DNA from: Candidatus Nanopelagicales bacterium
GTDB lineage: Bacteria; Actinomycetota; Actinomycetes; S36-B12; UBA5976
Assembly (NCBI GenBank): GCA_030157865.1
Contig: JAOATY010000045.1
Span: forward strand, 30,584 to 94,583
DNA: 64,000 bases
Reading direction: 5' to 3'
Position 1 is the first letter of the stretch; every line of letters starts with the position of its first letter. Below, in pieces: positions 1 to 7,791 of the stretch. The notes under the pieces are model-generated. The model did not search any database. It had not been told where the DNA came from and worked only from the letters and a program-made list of their open reading frames with translations. A program made the translations under genes and the position numbers.

Positions 1-6
1 GTTGCT

Positions 7-495
7 ATGAGTACCAACATTTCTCGAATAATTGCTACAGTTTCGCTTTCTCTATCTATTGTTGGTTGCTCAATTCTCGGACCCAGTGATGAAGCACAGG
101 CGCTGGAATTCGCTCGCAAAGCATGTGACATTGAAAAGCGCGCAGCCGATTCTGGTGAAGTCGATGAAAATGGCGACTGGACATACATCGAAGTGAGCAA
201 TGAAACCTCATGGAATGGTAGGGATATCTCCATGGTGGACCTTAAAGAAAAAGTCGAAACGATTGGAGCCAATGCCGAAGAGGCAACATCAGCTACGCTC
301 CTAGATTCCAAATGGCAGATTCTTTCCGATGACTTGAACACGATGTACGCATTTGTTTCAAGAATTTATTCGATGCGAAAACAAGGAACATTCTCATATG
401 AAGGAATGGACGGGGAGAGGGACTTTAACAATCCCCTTTATTCAACGGACGTTACGTGCAAATCCGTGCAAGCATTGCTCATTGAAAATGAATAG
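7..495 (+). CDS. Hypothetical lipoprotein (island cargo)
   Basis: 162-aa ORF. The N-terminal hydrophobic signal ends in a lipobox-like SIVG-C. No family recognised. Confidence 0.5.
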   Translation: MSTNISRIIATVSLSLSIVGCSILGPSDEAQALEFARKACDIEKRAADSGEVDENGDWTYIEVSNETSWNGRDISMVDLKEKVETIGANAEEATSATLLDSKWQILSDDLNTMYAFVSRIYSMRKQGTFSYEGMDGERDFNNPLYSTDVTCKSVQALLIENE

Positions 496-522
496 TTCAC
501 TCGATACAAGGAGGAGATAACT

Positions 523-858
523 TTGAATAGTGACTCAAGTGAGAACCTTCTTAGCTTGAATTACATCGACCCAAAAGTTAACTTTGACGAGGCGTCTAAA
601 TTCATAATTAACTGTGCTGCTTCAGTAGCGCAAAAAATGAAACTAGCATTCATTTGGAGTCAAACTGCGTCCGATAGAGATGCGAATTGCCTTGGGCTGC
701 AACTTATTAGATTTCTAGAAAATGAATATATATCTGATGAAGACTACGTGACTGGCAAGAAGGAATTTGAAATTGATGGGTGGCTCTTGGAGAACTGGGA
801 TATTGAAGGAATAGACATAGATGCACAATTACAGGAATATGCGTACCTCATTGCGTGA
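523..858 (+). CDS. Hypothetical small acidic cytoplasmic protein (island cargo)
   Basis: 111-aa ORF with a TTG start 7 nt after an AAGGAGG Shine-Dalgarno. D/E-rich, no TM segment, no family recognised. Confidence 0.45.
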   Translation: MNSDSSENLLSLNYIDPKVNFDEASKFIINCAASVAQKMKLAFIWSQTASDRDANCLGLQLIRFLENEYISDEDYVTGKKEFEIDGWLLENWDIEGIDIDAQLQEYAYLIA

Positions 859-882
859 CTATTATTCGCAAGGCCGGCACTA

Positions 883-1110
883 ATGACTAAGTTTGTATTC
901 GGACTAGCAAGTATTTTGTGGATTGCTTTCTTGTTGTATAAGAACAAATATGACAATGCCAATAGAGAAAACAAAATTCGGCTGGTGTTTAATGTTTCAG
1001 AAATCGAGAGTCTCAAGACTCAAGTGGGGCTAGGAAAGACTGCTAATCAAATAGCGCTAGCGGCAACCGTTGTGACAGTTTTTGGAATCATTCTTTTGTA
1101 CTTGTTGTGA
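883..1110 (+). CDS. Hypothetical small membrane protein (two hydrophobic helices)
   Basis: 75-aa ORF with hydrophobic N- and C-terminal stretches (FVFGLASILWIAFLL and ALAATVVTVFGIILLYLL). No family recognised. Confidence 0.4.
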   Translation: MTKFVFGLASILWIAFLLYKNKYDNANRENKIRLVFNVSEIESLKTQVGLGKTANQIALAATVVTVFGIILLYLL

Positions 1111-1116
1111 ATATCA

Positions 1117-2565
1117 CTAGATGGAACGTAACTCTTGAACTTTTGCCCAGATGGTTTGCAGGTCTACTTCCGACGCATCTAAAGTTTCAGAATACCCGCC
1201 CTGTGGCATTTCTTCTCTCGAGAGATATGGGCTTAAATTAAGTGTGTTGCGCGCCCAGTCGATAACTCCTCTTTCAACTCGCAGGGCTTCACTTCCGTCT
1301 TGGAATTCAAAAGTCCTATAGATTTCCCAACCTGAATTTTGGTGCGCCTTCAATCTGTCGGTTTTACGTTCGCGACTCGTTATACCAATTTTGTGAGAGT
1401 TCAAGTGTGAGTTAGTGATTAGATAAATCAGGCCGCTCGTTGTGCCGTCAAATCCACCACCATCTCTATTGCAATAAATGCAACCAGTCCCATTTTTCAC
1501 ATTTCCATAAGCGGGTGTGCTAACTTTTCCACACTGCAGGCACTTGCATCTCCATGGGGCTTTACTTCCGGGAAAACTTTCAAGTGGCGCAAAACCAGAC
1601 TCACGCATAAGCGACTGGGCTTCTTCAGCATCAATCTTCTTCCCTGCACAGTAAGCGCAGCCACCTTCACCTTGAGCAAGCCCAAGGAGCCTAGCTTCTA
1701 CTACTCTCATGCAGACCAAACATTTGCACCTAATCTTGTTTCCGGCTTTTGTGTACTCTTCAAGGGGTTCAAGATTTGCTTTCTCTAAAAGCCTTAGCGC
1801 ATCTCTTTTTGATAGTGCCACGCCTGCACAGAACTTACAAAGCCCTTGCCCAGCCTTAACCGCGCTGTACTTTGGGTAGATTTCATTCCCACACGAAGCA
1901 CATTCTCCTTTCCATCTAGTCATCCCGCCTGGAAAAGGAGTTGAGGTAACAAAACCCTTTGAATTCATGAAGGTTAGGGCTTCATCTGGATTAACTTTGG
2001 AACCACCGCAATAGGAACATCCTTTACTTTTTCCATTTTGAAGGTCTGCAAATCTTGGAGATACAAAGTTGTGGCAAGTTAAGCATTCTGCATTCCATGG
2101 TTCCGCAGCACCTGGATAGTTATCGATAGCACGAAAGCCTAAAGATTCAAAGAATTGTTTTGCTTTTTCTGGGTCAACATAAAGACCTGCGCATTTCTTG
2201 CACCCACCCCACCCAGCACGAATGTTTCCATATTGCGGATAAACAGTAAGGTTGCAGCCAAGACATCTGCATTTCCACTTCTTTTTTGACCCAGGGAAAT
2301 CCTCAAGGGGCTCAAGATTGGATGCCAGCATAATCTCAACCGCCTCGGCAGCGTCAACCCGTCTTCCAGCGCAGTAGGCGCACCCACTTCTTCCTTGTTG
2401 AACACTGGAGTAATGAGGAGAAACTAGCCTGCCACATGTCAGACATTCACACCTCCAGGGCTTATGGTTTCCTGGATACTCTTCGAGTGGATTTAAACCA
2501 TTTTGAAGCATCAGCTCTCTGGCAACTTGGTCAGAAATTTTTGCCATGCTTCTATTCTGCCTCAC
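1117..2565 (-). CDS. Six-fold tandem zinc-ribbon repeat protein with C-terminal GIY-YIG/T5orf172-like domain
   Basis: 482-aa ORF with six modules of about 60-66 aa. Each module carries W-x-C-x-C-L-x-C ... G-C-x-x-C-A-G. The C-terminus GLIYLITN..HKIGIT..RLKAH..E resembles the T5orf172/GIY-YIG superfamily. Start is GTG at 2565, or alternatively ATG at 2547. Confidence 0.75.
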   Translation of the reverse strand: MRQNRSMAKISDQVARELMLQNGLNPLEEYPGNHKPWRCECLTCGRLVSPHYSSVQQGRSGCAYCAGRRVDAAEAVEIMLASNLEPLEDFPGSKKKWKCRCLGCNLTVYPQYGNIRAGWGGCKKCAGLYVDPEKAKQFFESLGFRAIDNYPGAAEPWNAECLTCHNFVSPRFADLQNGKSKGCSYCGGSKVNPDEALTFMNSKGFVTSTPFPGGMTRWKGECASCGNEIYPKYSAVKAGQGLCKFCAGVALSKRDALRLLEKANLEPLEEYTKAGNKIRCKCLVCMRVVEARLLGLAQGEGGCAYCAGKKIDAEEAQSLMRESGFAPLESFPGSKAPWRCKCLQCGKVSTPAYGNVKNGTGCIYCNRDGGGFDGTTSGLIYLITNSHLNSHKIGITSRERKTDRLKAHQNSGWEIYRTFEFQDGSEALRVERGVIDWARNTLNLSPYLSREEMPQGGYSETLDASEVDLQTIWAKVQELRSI

Positions 2566-2603
2566 AAATCTGATTGGAATTTAGAATTAACAACCTATTT
2601 CAC

Positions 2604-3719
2604 CTATCCGACCTTCTGGTTGCGAAATTGCAAAACATTACTTGCTTTCTCACTCAACCGTTCAGCTGTTTCGCGACCGTGGTCTTGCGTTCTGTGCTGA
2701 TAAACAAGTGAGGCATTTGGAGACGAGTGACCCATCCTATGCATCAATTCTCTTAGGCTGGCTCCATTTTCGGCTGCCAATGTTTGTCCTGTATGACGCA
2801 AGTCGTAGGCGCGTACGTCAGGTCTTCCAATTGCAATTAGTCCTTGCTTTATCTTTCTTGCTCCAGTGTCGACGGCTGGGTTACCAGAGTTTGTGGTGAA
2901 AACAATCGCATCATCACCAGGAAGAGTAAATTCACTCAAATGCTCTTGAATAATAGGGACTAAATGTGGAGGAACTGAAATAGTTCGCTTTCCTGCTTCT
3001 GTTTTAGGTGTGTCAAAGGAAAAGGTTCCGGTCTTCGTGCTCACCCTCCGTCGAATGGTCACAGTTGGATTAACAGAATTCAAATTCAGGTCACTTCTGC
3101 GAAGTGCACAAGCCTCTCCCGGACGAACAGCAAGCCATGCAAGTACATGCACTAATGCCGAATACCTGTCTGGCACTGAAATTGCTACCGAGTTGAGTTC
3201 CTCAATTGAAAGTACAGGGCGCTCAGCACCTTTAAACTTCCCGCCATTCTTAATCTTGCATGGGGAGGAAGAGATAATTTCATCATTTACCGCTTGCCCC
3301 ATGATTGCGCTAAGGGTTCTATAGGCGCGCTTAAGGGCAGCTTCTCCCGTCCGGCTACTTAAGTCGTTGTACCAACACCTAACAATGTCTGGAGTAATCC
3401 TGTCCAGACGGTAACTTCCGAGGGTGGGTAGTAAGTGAATTCGAAGGTCAGATTCATAGTCTTTACGAGTTGTTTCTTTGATACCCGGTCTCTTGTTCCA
3501 ACTATTGGCATAGTCCACAAGTGTTACTTTTCCGGCAGAACTTGGCATCCTCAGTGTTTGCCTTAATGTATCTGCCTGAACTGTTGCCAAGAAATGCCTT
3601 GCATCCGTGACACTTGAAAAGGTATGGGGGGCATTAACTCTCCTGCCCTCAACTTTGTAATAAGCCCGGTATTTTCCTGAAGGAAGTTTCTCTACGCTGC
3701 CGAAATTTCTTCTTGCCAT
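2604..3719 (-). CDS. Tyrosine-type site-specific integrase
   Basis: 371 aa. The N-terminus GSVEKLPSGKYRAYY is a typical arm-binding domain of actinobacterial phage/ICE integrases. The C-terminus DLRHTG ... MGHSS ... LVYQH supplies the R-H-R-H-Y catalytic set. A GAGG Shine-Dalgarno lies 5 nt before the ATG. Confidence 0.9.
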   Translation of the reverse strand: MARRNFGSVEKLPSGKYRAYYKVEGRRVNAPHTFSSVTDARHFLATVQADTLRQTLRMPSSAGKVTLVDYANSWNKRPGIKETTRKDYESDLRIHLLPTLGSYRLDRITPDIVRCWYNDLSSRTGEAALKRAYRTLSAIMGQAVNDEIISSSPCKIKNGGKFKGAERPVLSIEELNSVAISVPDRYSALVHVLAWLAVRPGEACALRRSDLNLNSVNPTVTIRRRVSTKTGTFSFDTPKTEAGKRTISVPPHLVPIIQEHLSEFTLPGDDAIVFTTNSGNPAVDTGARKIKQGLIAIGRPDVRAYDLRHTGQTLAAENGASLRELMHRMGHSSPNASLVYQHRTQDHGRETAERLSEKASNVLQFRNQKVG

Positions 3720-3851
3720 TTTGTGCCTCTATTTCCTGTCATGGTTACAACTGTTTCACTGAGGTCTGACAGTTTTAGTCCCACGTTCGTCCCACGACTG
3801 GCATACTTCTCAGCGGTGTACCATGCAAAAAGGTATTAACTAAAAGACCAA

Positions 3852-3924
<73 letters not shown>

Positions 3925-3927
3925 CTC

Positions 3928-3953
3928 AGGATTCCACCATTAGGTGGAATCCT
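3928..3953 (+). terminator. Perfect 11-bp hairpin directly after tRNA-Lys
   Basis: AGGATTCCACC-atta-GGTGGAATCCT. The trailing T-run is weak (tcgtcttt). Confidence 0.5.
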
Positions 3954-3954
3954 T

Positions 3955-4162
3955 CGTCTTTCGCTTCGCTCAAGTTACTCATATTTAAAGCGCGCGAGTT
4001 ACTCGCCTGTATTCATTTGGGACCTTTTCTGCGTCTTGAGCAAAGCTCGAGTTACTCATGTTTAAAGCGCGCGAGTTACTCGTCTCAAGAGCTCGAGTTA
4101 CTCACTGTCCACCCCTCTTTGATGGTTTTTTATGCTCGTCTTGCGCAAAGCTCAAGTTACTC
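3955..4162. repeat. Array of six (G/A)AGTTACTC palindromic sites embedded in direct repeats
   Basis: AGTTACTC occurs at 3973, 3997, 4050, 4074, 4096 and 4155. The 51-nt units 3955-4005 and 4032-4082 match at 44/51 positions by hand alignment. Shorter cgtct..gctc(a/g)agttactc copies lie at 4081-4103 and 4137-4162. Confidence 0.85.
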
Positions 4163-4187
4163 GATTTCTCGCTGTTATTGTTTTTTC

Positions 4188-4742
4188 ATGGCAACGAATC
4201 CAGACCGCGCATCGCACTTCCCTGCTATTGAAAAGAAGCATGGCTTGCCAATGTCTTATTGGCATGACCAAATGAAGTTGATTAAAGATTTGAAATACCC
4301 AGAGCAGATTGCATACTTGCGCGAGAACCACGGTTTCAGTCAGGCTCACGCGAATGCATTAGTACTCTTCTCAAGGGGAAATACAACTTCTAAGCGATTC
4401 AATACTTTAGAAGATTTCTTGGCTCCACTTGATGCAACGAAACAAAAAACCATAAAGGCAATCTTCAAGGCATTGAAAACAAAATTTCCTAAGGGTGAAA
4501 TTGTGATTGCCTGGAATCAGCCAATGCTAAAAGTTGATGGCCAATATGTCTTCGGAGTTTCAGTAGCAACAAAACACCTCTTGATAGCCCCATGGGGTGA
4601 AGGCGTGATCGAAAAGTTTTTGCCGAAGCTGAAGGATTACGAAGTAAACAAGAAAACGATCAAGATTCCGGTTGACTGGAAAGTGGATGCCAAGCTGCTT
4701 GTTGACATGGCTGCTGCTTCAGTCAAAGCAACCAAAAAGTAG
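4188..4742 (+). CDS. DUF4287-like / DUF1801 (YdhG)-like two-domain protein
   Basis: Recognisable sequence starts at the in-frame ATG 4188 (MATNPDRASHFPAIEKKHGLP..HANALV). The ORF-track start at 4017 runs through the repeat array. Confidence 0.7.
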   Translation: MATNPDRASHFPAIEKKHGLPMSYWHDQMKLIKDLKYPEQIAYLRENHGFSQAHANALVLFSRGNTTSKRFNTLEDFLAPLDATKQKTIKAIFKALKTKFPKGEIVIAWNQPMLKVDGQYVFGVSVATKHLLIAPWGEGVIEKFLPKLKDYEVNKKTIKIPVDWKVDAKLLVDMAAASVKATKK

Positions 4743-4750
4743 TCCTTTTC

Positions 4751-5254
4751 GTGAATCGTGAGTACTTAGCGGAGTTAAGAGATCGAGACGAGATTTCGGT
4801 TTCTTTTGTCTGCCTTGGAAACATTTGCCGCTCCCCTATGGCCGCTGCGATATTTAGTAACCGCACCAAGGATTTGAATTCGCCAGTTGCAATCGTCGAA
4901 AGTGGCGGAACTTCCTCGTGGCATGTTGGCCAAGGTCCGCACCCGCAGTCAAAACGAACTTGGGAACGAGCTGGCTACGACTATTCGCACAAAGCCAGCC
5001 AATTTACTTCGCAAGACTTAGAACGAATTGATTTGATTCTTACGATGGATTCTGAGAATTACGCAAATGTTTTGGCTCTAAGCCCACATGAAGAACATTC
5101 CAAAAAAGTCTTCATGATGCGGGACTTCGATTTTGCAATTGCACCCGGGCAATCGGTTCCAGATCCTTACTCTCAAGAGGATGCGGCGTACGAACATGTT
5201 AAGGAACTTCTGGAATCTGCCATTGATGGTTTGATCGAAACCCTCTGGCAATAG
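4751..5254 (+). CDS. Low-molecular-weight protein-tyrosine phosphatase
   Basis: CX5R(S) P-loop CLGNICRSP near the N-terminus and the VPDPY general-acid motif. GTG start. Confidence 0.85.
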   Translation: MNREYLAELRDRDEISVSFVCLGNICRSPMAAAIFSNRTKDLNSPVAIVESGGTSSWHVGQGPHPQSKRTWERAGYDYSHKASQFTSQDLERIDLILTMDSENYANVLALSPHEEHSKKVFMMRDFDFAIAPGQSVPDPYSQEDAAYEHVKELLESAIDGLIETLWQ

Positions 5255-5295
5255 GATTAAAGCCAATACTCGAACCCCACGGGAGGAACCAGATA

Positions 5296-5886
5296 ATGGC
5301 ACCTGTTCAGATTCGCAAGCTCGTCACATACACCGAAGAAACACGGATTGAAGGCGGCAAGGCTGCAGCAACCCCGCTTCGCATGTTTGCTGCCGCTGCA
5401 GTTCTAACCAACCCTTGGGCTGGACGTGGATTCGTAGAAGATCTAAAGCCTGAGATTCATGATCTTGCGCCACAACTTGGCGAAATCTTGACCGCATCAA
5501 TTCTGGAAATGACTGGTTCTGGCGAAGCAGTTGAAGGTTATGGCAAGGCTGCCGTAGTTGGAACTTCTGGCGAAGTTGAGCACGCCTCAGCGCTAATTCA
5601 CACTCTTAGATTCGGCAATCATTACCGCACTGCTGTTGGTGCAACTAGCTACCTTTCTTTCACAAACGTTCGTGGTGGACCTAACTGCCCAATTTCAATT
5701 CCTCTTATGCATAAAGCAGATGAAGGAATGCGCTCGCATTACTTAACAATTCAGTTCTCGATAAATGATGCGCCTGCTCCAGATGAAATTGTCGTAGCTC
5801 TTGGCGCTTCTATCGGCGGCCGCCCGCATCACCGCATCGGTGATCGTTACCAAGATCTTAAGGATCTAGGAAGTAATGCAAACTAG
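5296..5886 (+). CDS. 'Amino acid synthesis' family protein (DUF1185/PF06684-like)
   Basis: 196 aa. IRK..TY.E....GGK near the N-terminus, NPWAG and HHRIGDRY match my recollection of this family. Overlaps the next gene by 11 nt. Confidence 0.6.
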   Translation: MAPVQIRKLVTYTEETRIEGGKAAATPLRMFAAAAVLTNPWAGRGFVEDLKPEIHDLAPQLGEILTASILEMTGSGEAVEGYGKAAVVGTSGEVEHASALIHTLRFGNHYRTAVGATSYLSFTNVRGGPNCPISIPLMHKADEGMRSHYLTIQFSINDAPAPDEIVVALGASIGGRPHHRIGDRYQDLKDLGSNAN

Positions 5887-6700
5887 TTTTGCACTTCCCG
5901 ATTCAATAACCTCTGGCAAGACTTCTAATGGCACTTCATGGTGCCGTATTGGAACCGGTCCAACATTGGTTTTACTTCACGGTGTTGGAATGAATAAATC
6001 CGTTTGGGCACCAGAAGTAAACATATTGAGTGAATCTTTTGACGTAGTGATCTACGACATGTGGGGTCATGGCGAAAGCGATTTACCTTCAAGTGAGTTA
6101 AATCTGCGCGACTACACCAGGCAGCTTGTTGATTTGCTTTCGGAACTTGAAATAAATTCCGCATTTGTTGCCGGTCATTCAATGGGTGCGCTTATTGCGT
6201 TAGATTTCGCTATCAATTTCCCGGAGGCTTGCATTGGGGTCTGCGCCATGAATGCAGTATTCAACCGCAGCCCAGAACAAAGTTCTGCTGTCAAGAAGCG
6301 CGCTGCGGATTTAGCAGCTGGCGGAGTTTCAGTAAACCTCGATGAAACTTTAGAGCGCTGGTTTGGTCAGACTGGAACTCACAATTTCGCTGAAGCTGAA
6401 ACCCTCTCTCGAGAATTGCTGCTTGATGTAAACCCCAAAGGTTACGCAGCCGCATATTCCGTATTTGCAGATTCCGATAAAGCCCACGCTCAGACCTTGG
6501 AAACTCTTGCATCACCAGCTCTGTTTTTCACGGCAGATGGTGACCCAAACTCCACTCCAGAAATGAGTTTGGCCATGGCAGCCTTGGCGCCGAATGGTTC
6601 GTCAAAGGTCTTAACCGGCCATCGCCACATGATGACTTTGACCGCACCTAAGGAAGTTTCTGCGACCTTAGCCACATTTATTGAATCTCAAGCTAAGTAA
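5876..6700 (+). CDS. Alpha/beta-fold hydrolase
   Basis: HG oxyanion motif (LLHGVGM) and GHSMGA nucleophile elbow. Confidence 0.8.
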   Translation: MQTSFALPDSITSGKTSNGTSWCRIGTGPTLVLLHGVGMNKSVWAPEVNILSESFDVVIYDMWGHGESDLPSSELNLRDYTRQLVDLLSELEINSAFVAGHSMGALIALDFAINFPEACIGVCAMNAVFNRSPEQSSAVKKRAADLAAGGVSVNLDETLERWFGQTGTHNFAEAETLSRELLLDVNPKGYAAAYSVFADSDKAHAQTLETLASPALFFTADGDPNSTPEMSLAMAALAPNGSSKVLTGHRHMMTLTAPKEVSATLATFIESQAK

Positions 6701-6719
6701 GGCTGGAAGGTAGCAGGAT

Positions 6720-7760
6720 ATGAGCATGAAGTTTTCACTATTCGCCCACATCGAACGTTATGACGATTCGGTTTCACACAAACAACTCCTTGATGAATTA
6801 ACTGAGTTCACTTTGATGGCCGAGGCCGGTGGCATGGAAACGATCTGGATCGGTGAGCACCACGGCATGGAATACACCGTGGCTCCTAATCCATTCATTA
6901 ATTTGGCCTACCTGGCTGCAAAGACCACAAAGATTCGCCTCGGAACTGGAAACGTAATTGCGCCGTTCTGGCATCCAATCCGCCTTGCTGGCGAAGCCGC
7001 GCTTTGCGATCTAACAAGTAACGGTCGCCTTGACTTAGGTATCGCTCGCGGTGCCTACATGTTTGAATACGAACGCTTAATGCCAGGCCTAGACGCGATG
7101 GAAGCTGGCCTTCGAATGCGCGAACTTGTTCCGGCAGTTCAACAACTTCTAATTGGTAACTACACGCATGACGGCGAGTACTGGAAGTTCCCAGAAACAA
7201 CCGCAGTACCGCGCGCGATCCAGAGCCCAATTCCAATTTGGATTGCCGCCCGCGATCCACACACGCATGATTTCGCGGTAGCTAACGGTTGCAACGTTCA
7301 AGTAACACCACTAGCTAATGGTGATGAAGAAGTTAAAAACTTGATGGATAAGTTCAATACTGCGTGCGCCGCACATCCTGAAGTTCCGCGACCAAAACTT
7401 ATGCTTCTGATGCACACTTACGTTGCAAAGACGGAAGCCGAACTAATGAAGGGTTCGGCTGCGCTACAAAAATTCTTCCTTTACTTTGGAAAATGGTTCA
7501 AAGCCGAAGCCCCAATTAAGGATGGCTTCATCGAACCAATTACGCAGACGGAAATCGACGCACAACCAAATTTGGCCCCTGAAGTTATGCGCAAGAATTG
7601 CCTAGTTGGAACACCGGCTGAAGTGATTGCCCGAATCAAGTCCTACGAAGAAATGGGCTACACCCAGTTCAGCATTTGGCTAGATAGCGCAATGTCCTAC
7701 GAAGAAAAACGAGACAGCCTAAAGTTGTTTATCGACGAAGTTATGCCTGCTTTCTCGTAA
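6720..7760 (+). CDS. LLM-class (luciferase-like) flavin-dependent oxidoreductase
   Basis: 346 aa with a typical LLM N-terminus (FSLFAH.. IWIGEHH) and length. Confidence 0.8.
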   Translation: MSMKFSLFAHIERYDDSVSHKQLLDELTEFTLMAEAGGMETIWIGEHHGMEYTVAPNPFINLAYLAAKTTKIRLGTGNVIAPFWHPIRLAGEAALCDLTSNGRLDLGIARGAYMFEYERLMPGLDAMEAGLRMRELVPAVQQLLIGNYTHDGEYWKFPETTAVPRAIQSPIPIWIAARDPHTHDFAVANGCNVQVTPLANGDEEVKNLMDKFNTACAAHPEVPRPKLMLLMHTYVAKTEAELMKGSAALQKFFLYFGKWFKAEAPIKDGFIEPITQTEIDAQPNLAPEVMRKNCLVGTPAEVIARIKSYEEMGYTQFSIWLDSAMSYEEKRDSLKLFIDEVMPAFS

Positions 7761-7791
7761 GAGAATTCGGGCTCACTCACCAGGAGTTTTC

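Larger units (their letters stand above)
1..3851. mobile_element. Partial integrase-bearing genomic island next to tRNA-Lys (left boundary lies outside the window)
   Basis: A tyrosine integrase lies 132 nt from tRNA-Lys(CTT). The small cargo ORFs at 7-1110 match no family I recognise and sit in AT-richer DNA (spot counts of single 60-nt lines give about 35-40% G+C versus about 50% in housekeeping genes). A Zn-ribbon-repeat/GIY-YIG-like gene starts 38 nt downstream of int. No att pair can be verified inside the window. Confidence 0.5.

Noticed and set aside
3955-4162. Possible CRISPR array
   Set aside because: The repeats are only 8-9 bp palindromes, or about 26-51-nt units with irregular spacing, and there are no cas genes. 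This does not fit CRISPR repeat-spacer geometry.
4017-4187. N-terminal 57 codons of ORF 4017-4742
   Set aside because: They run through the GAGTTACTC repeat array, so the reiterated SSSYS simply mirrors the DNA repeats. Recognisable DUF4287-like sequence begins at the in-frame ATG 4188.
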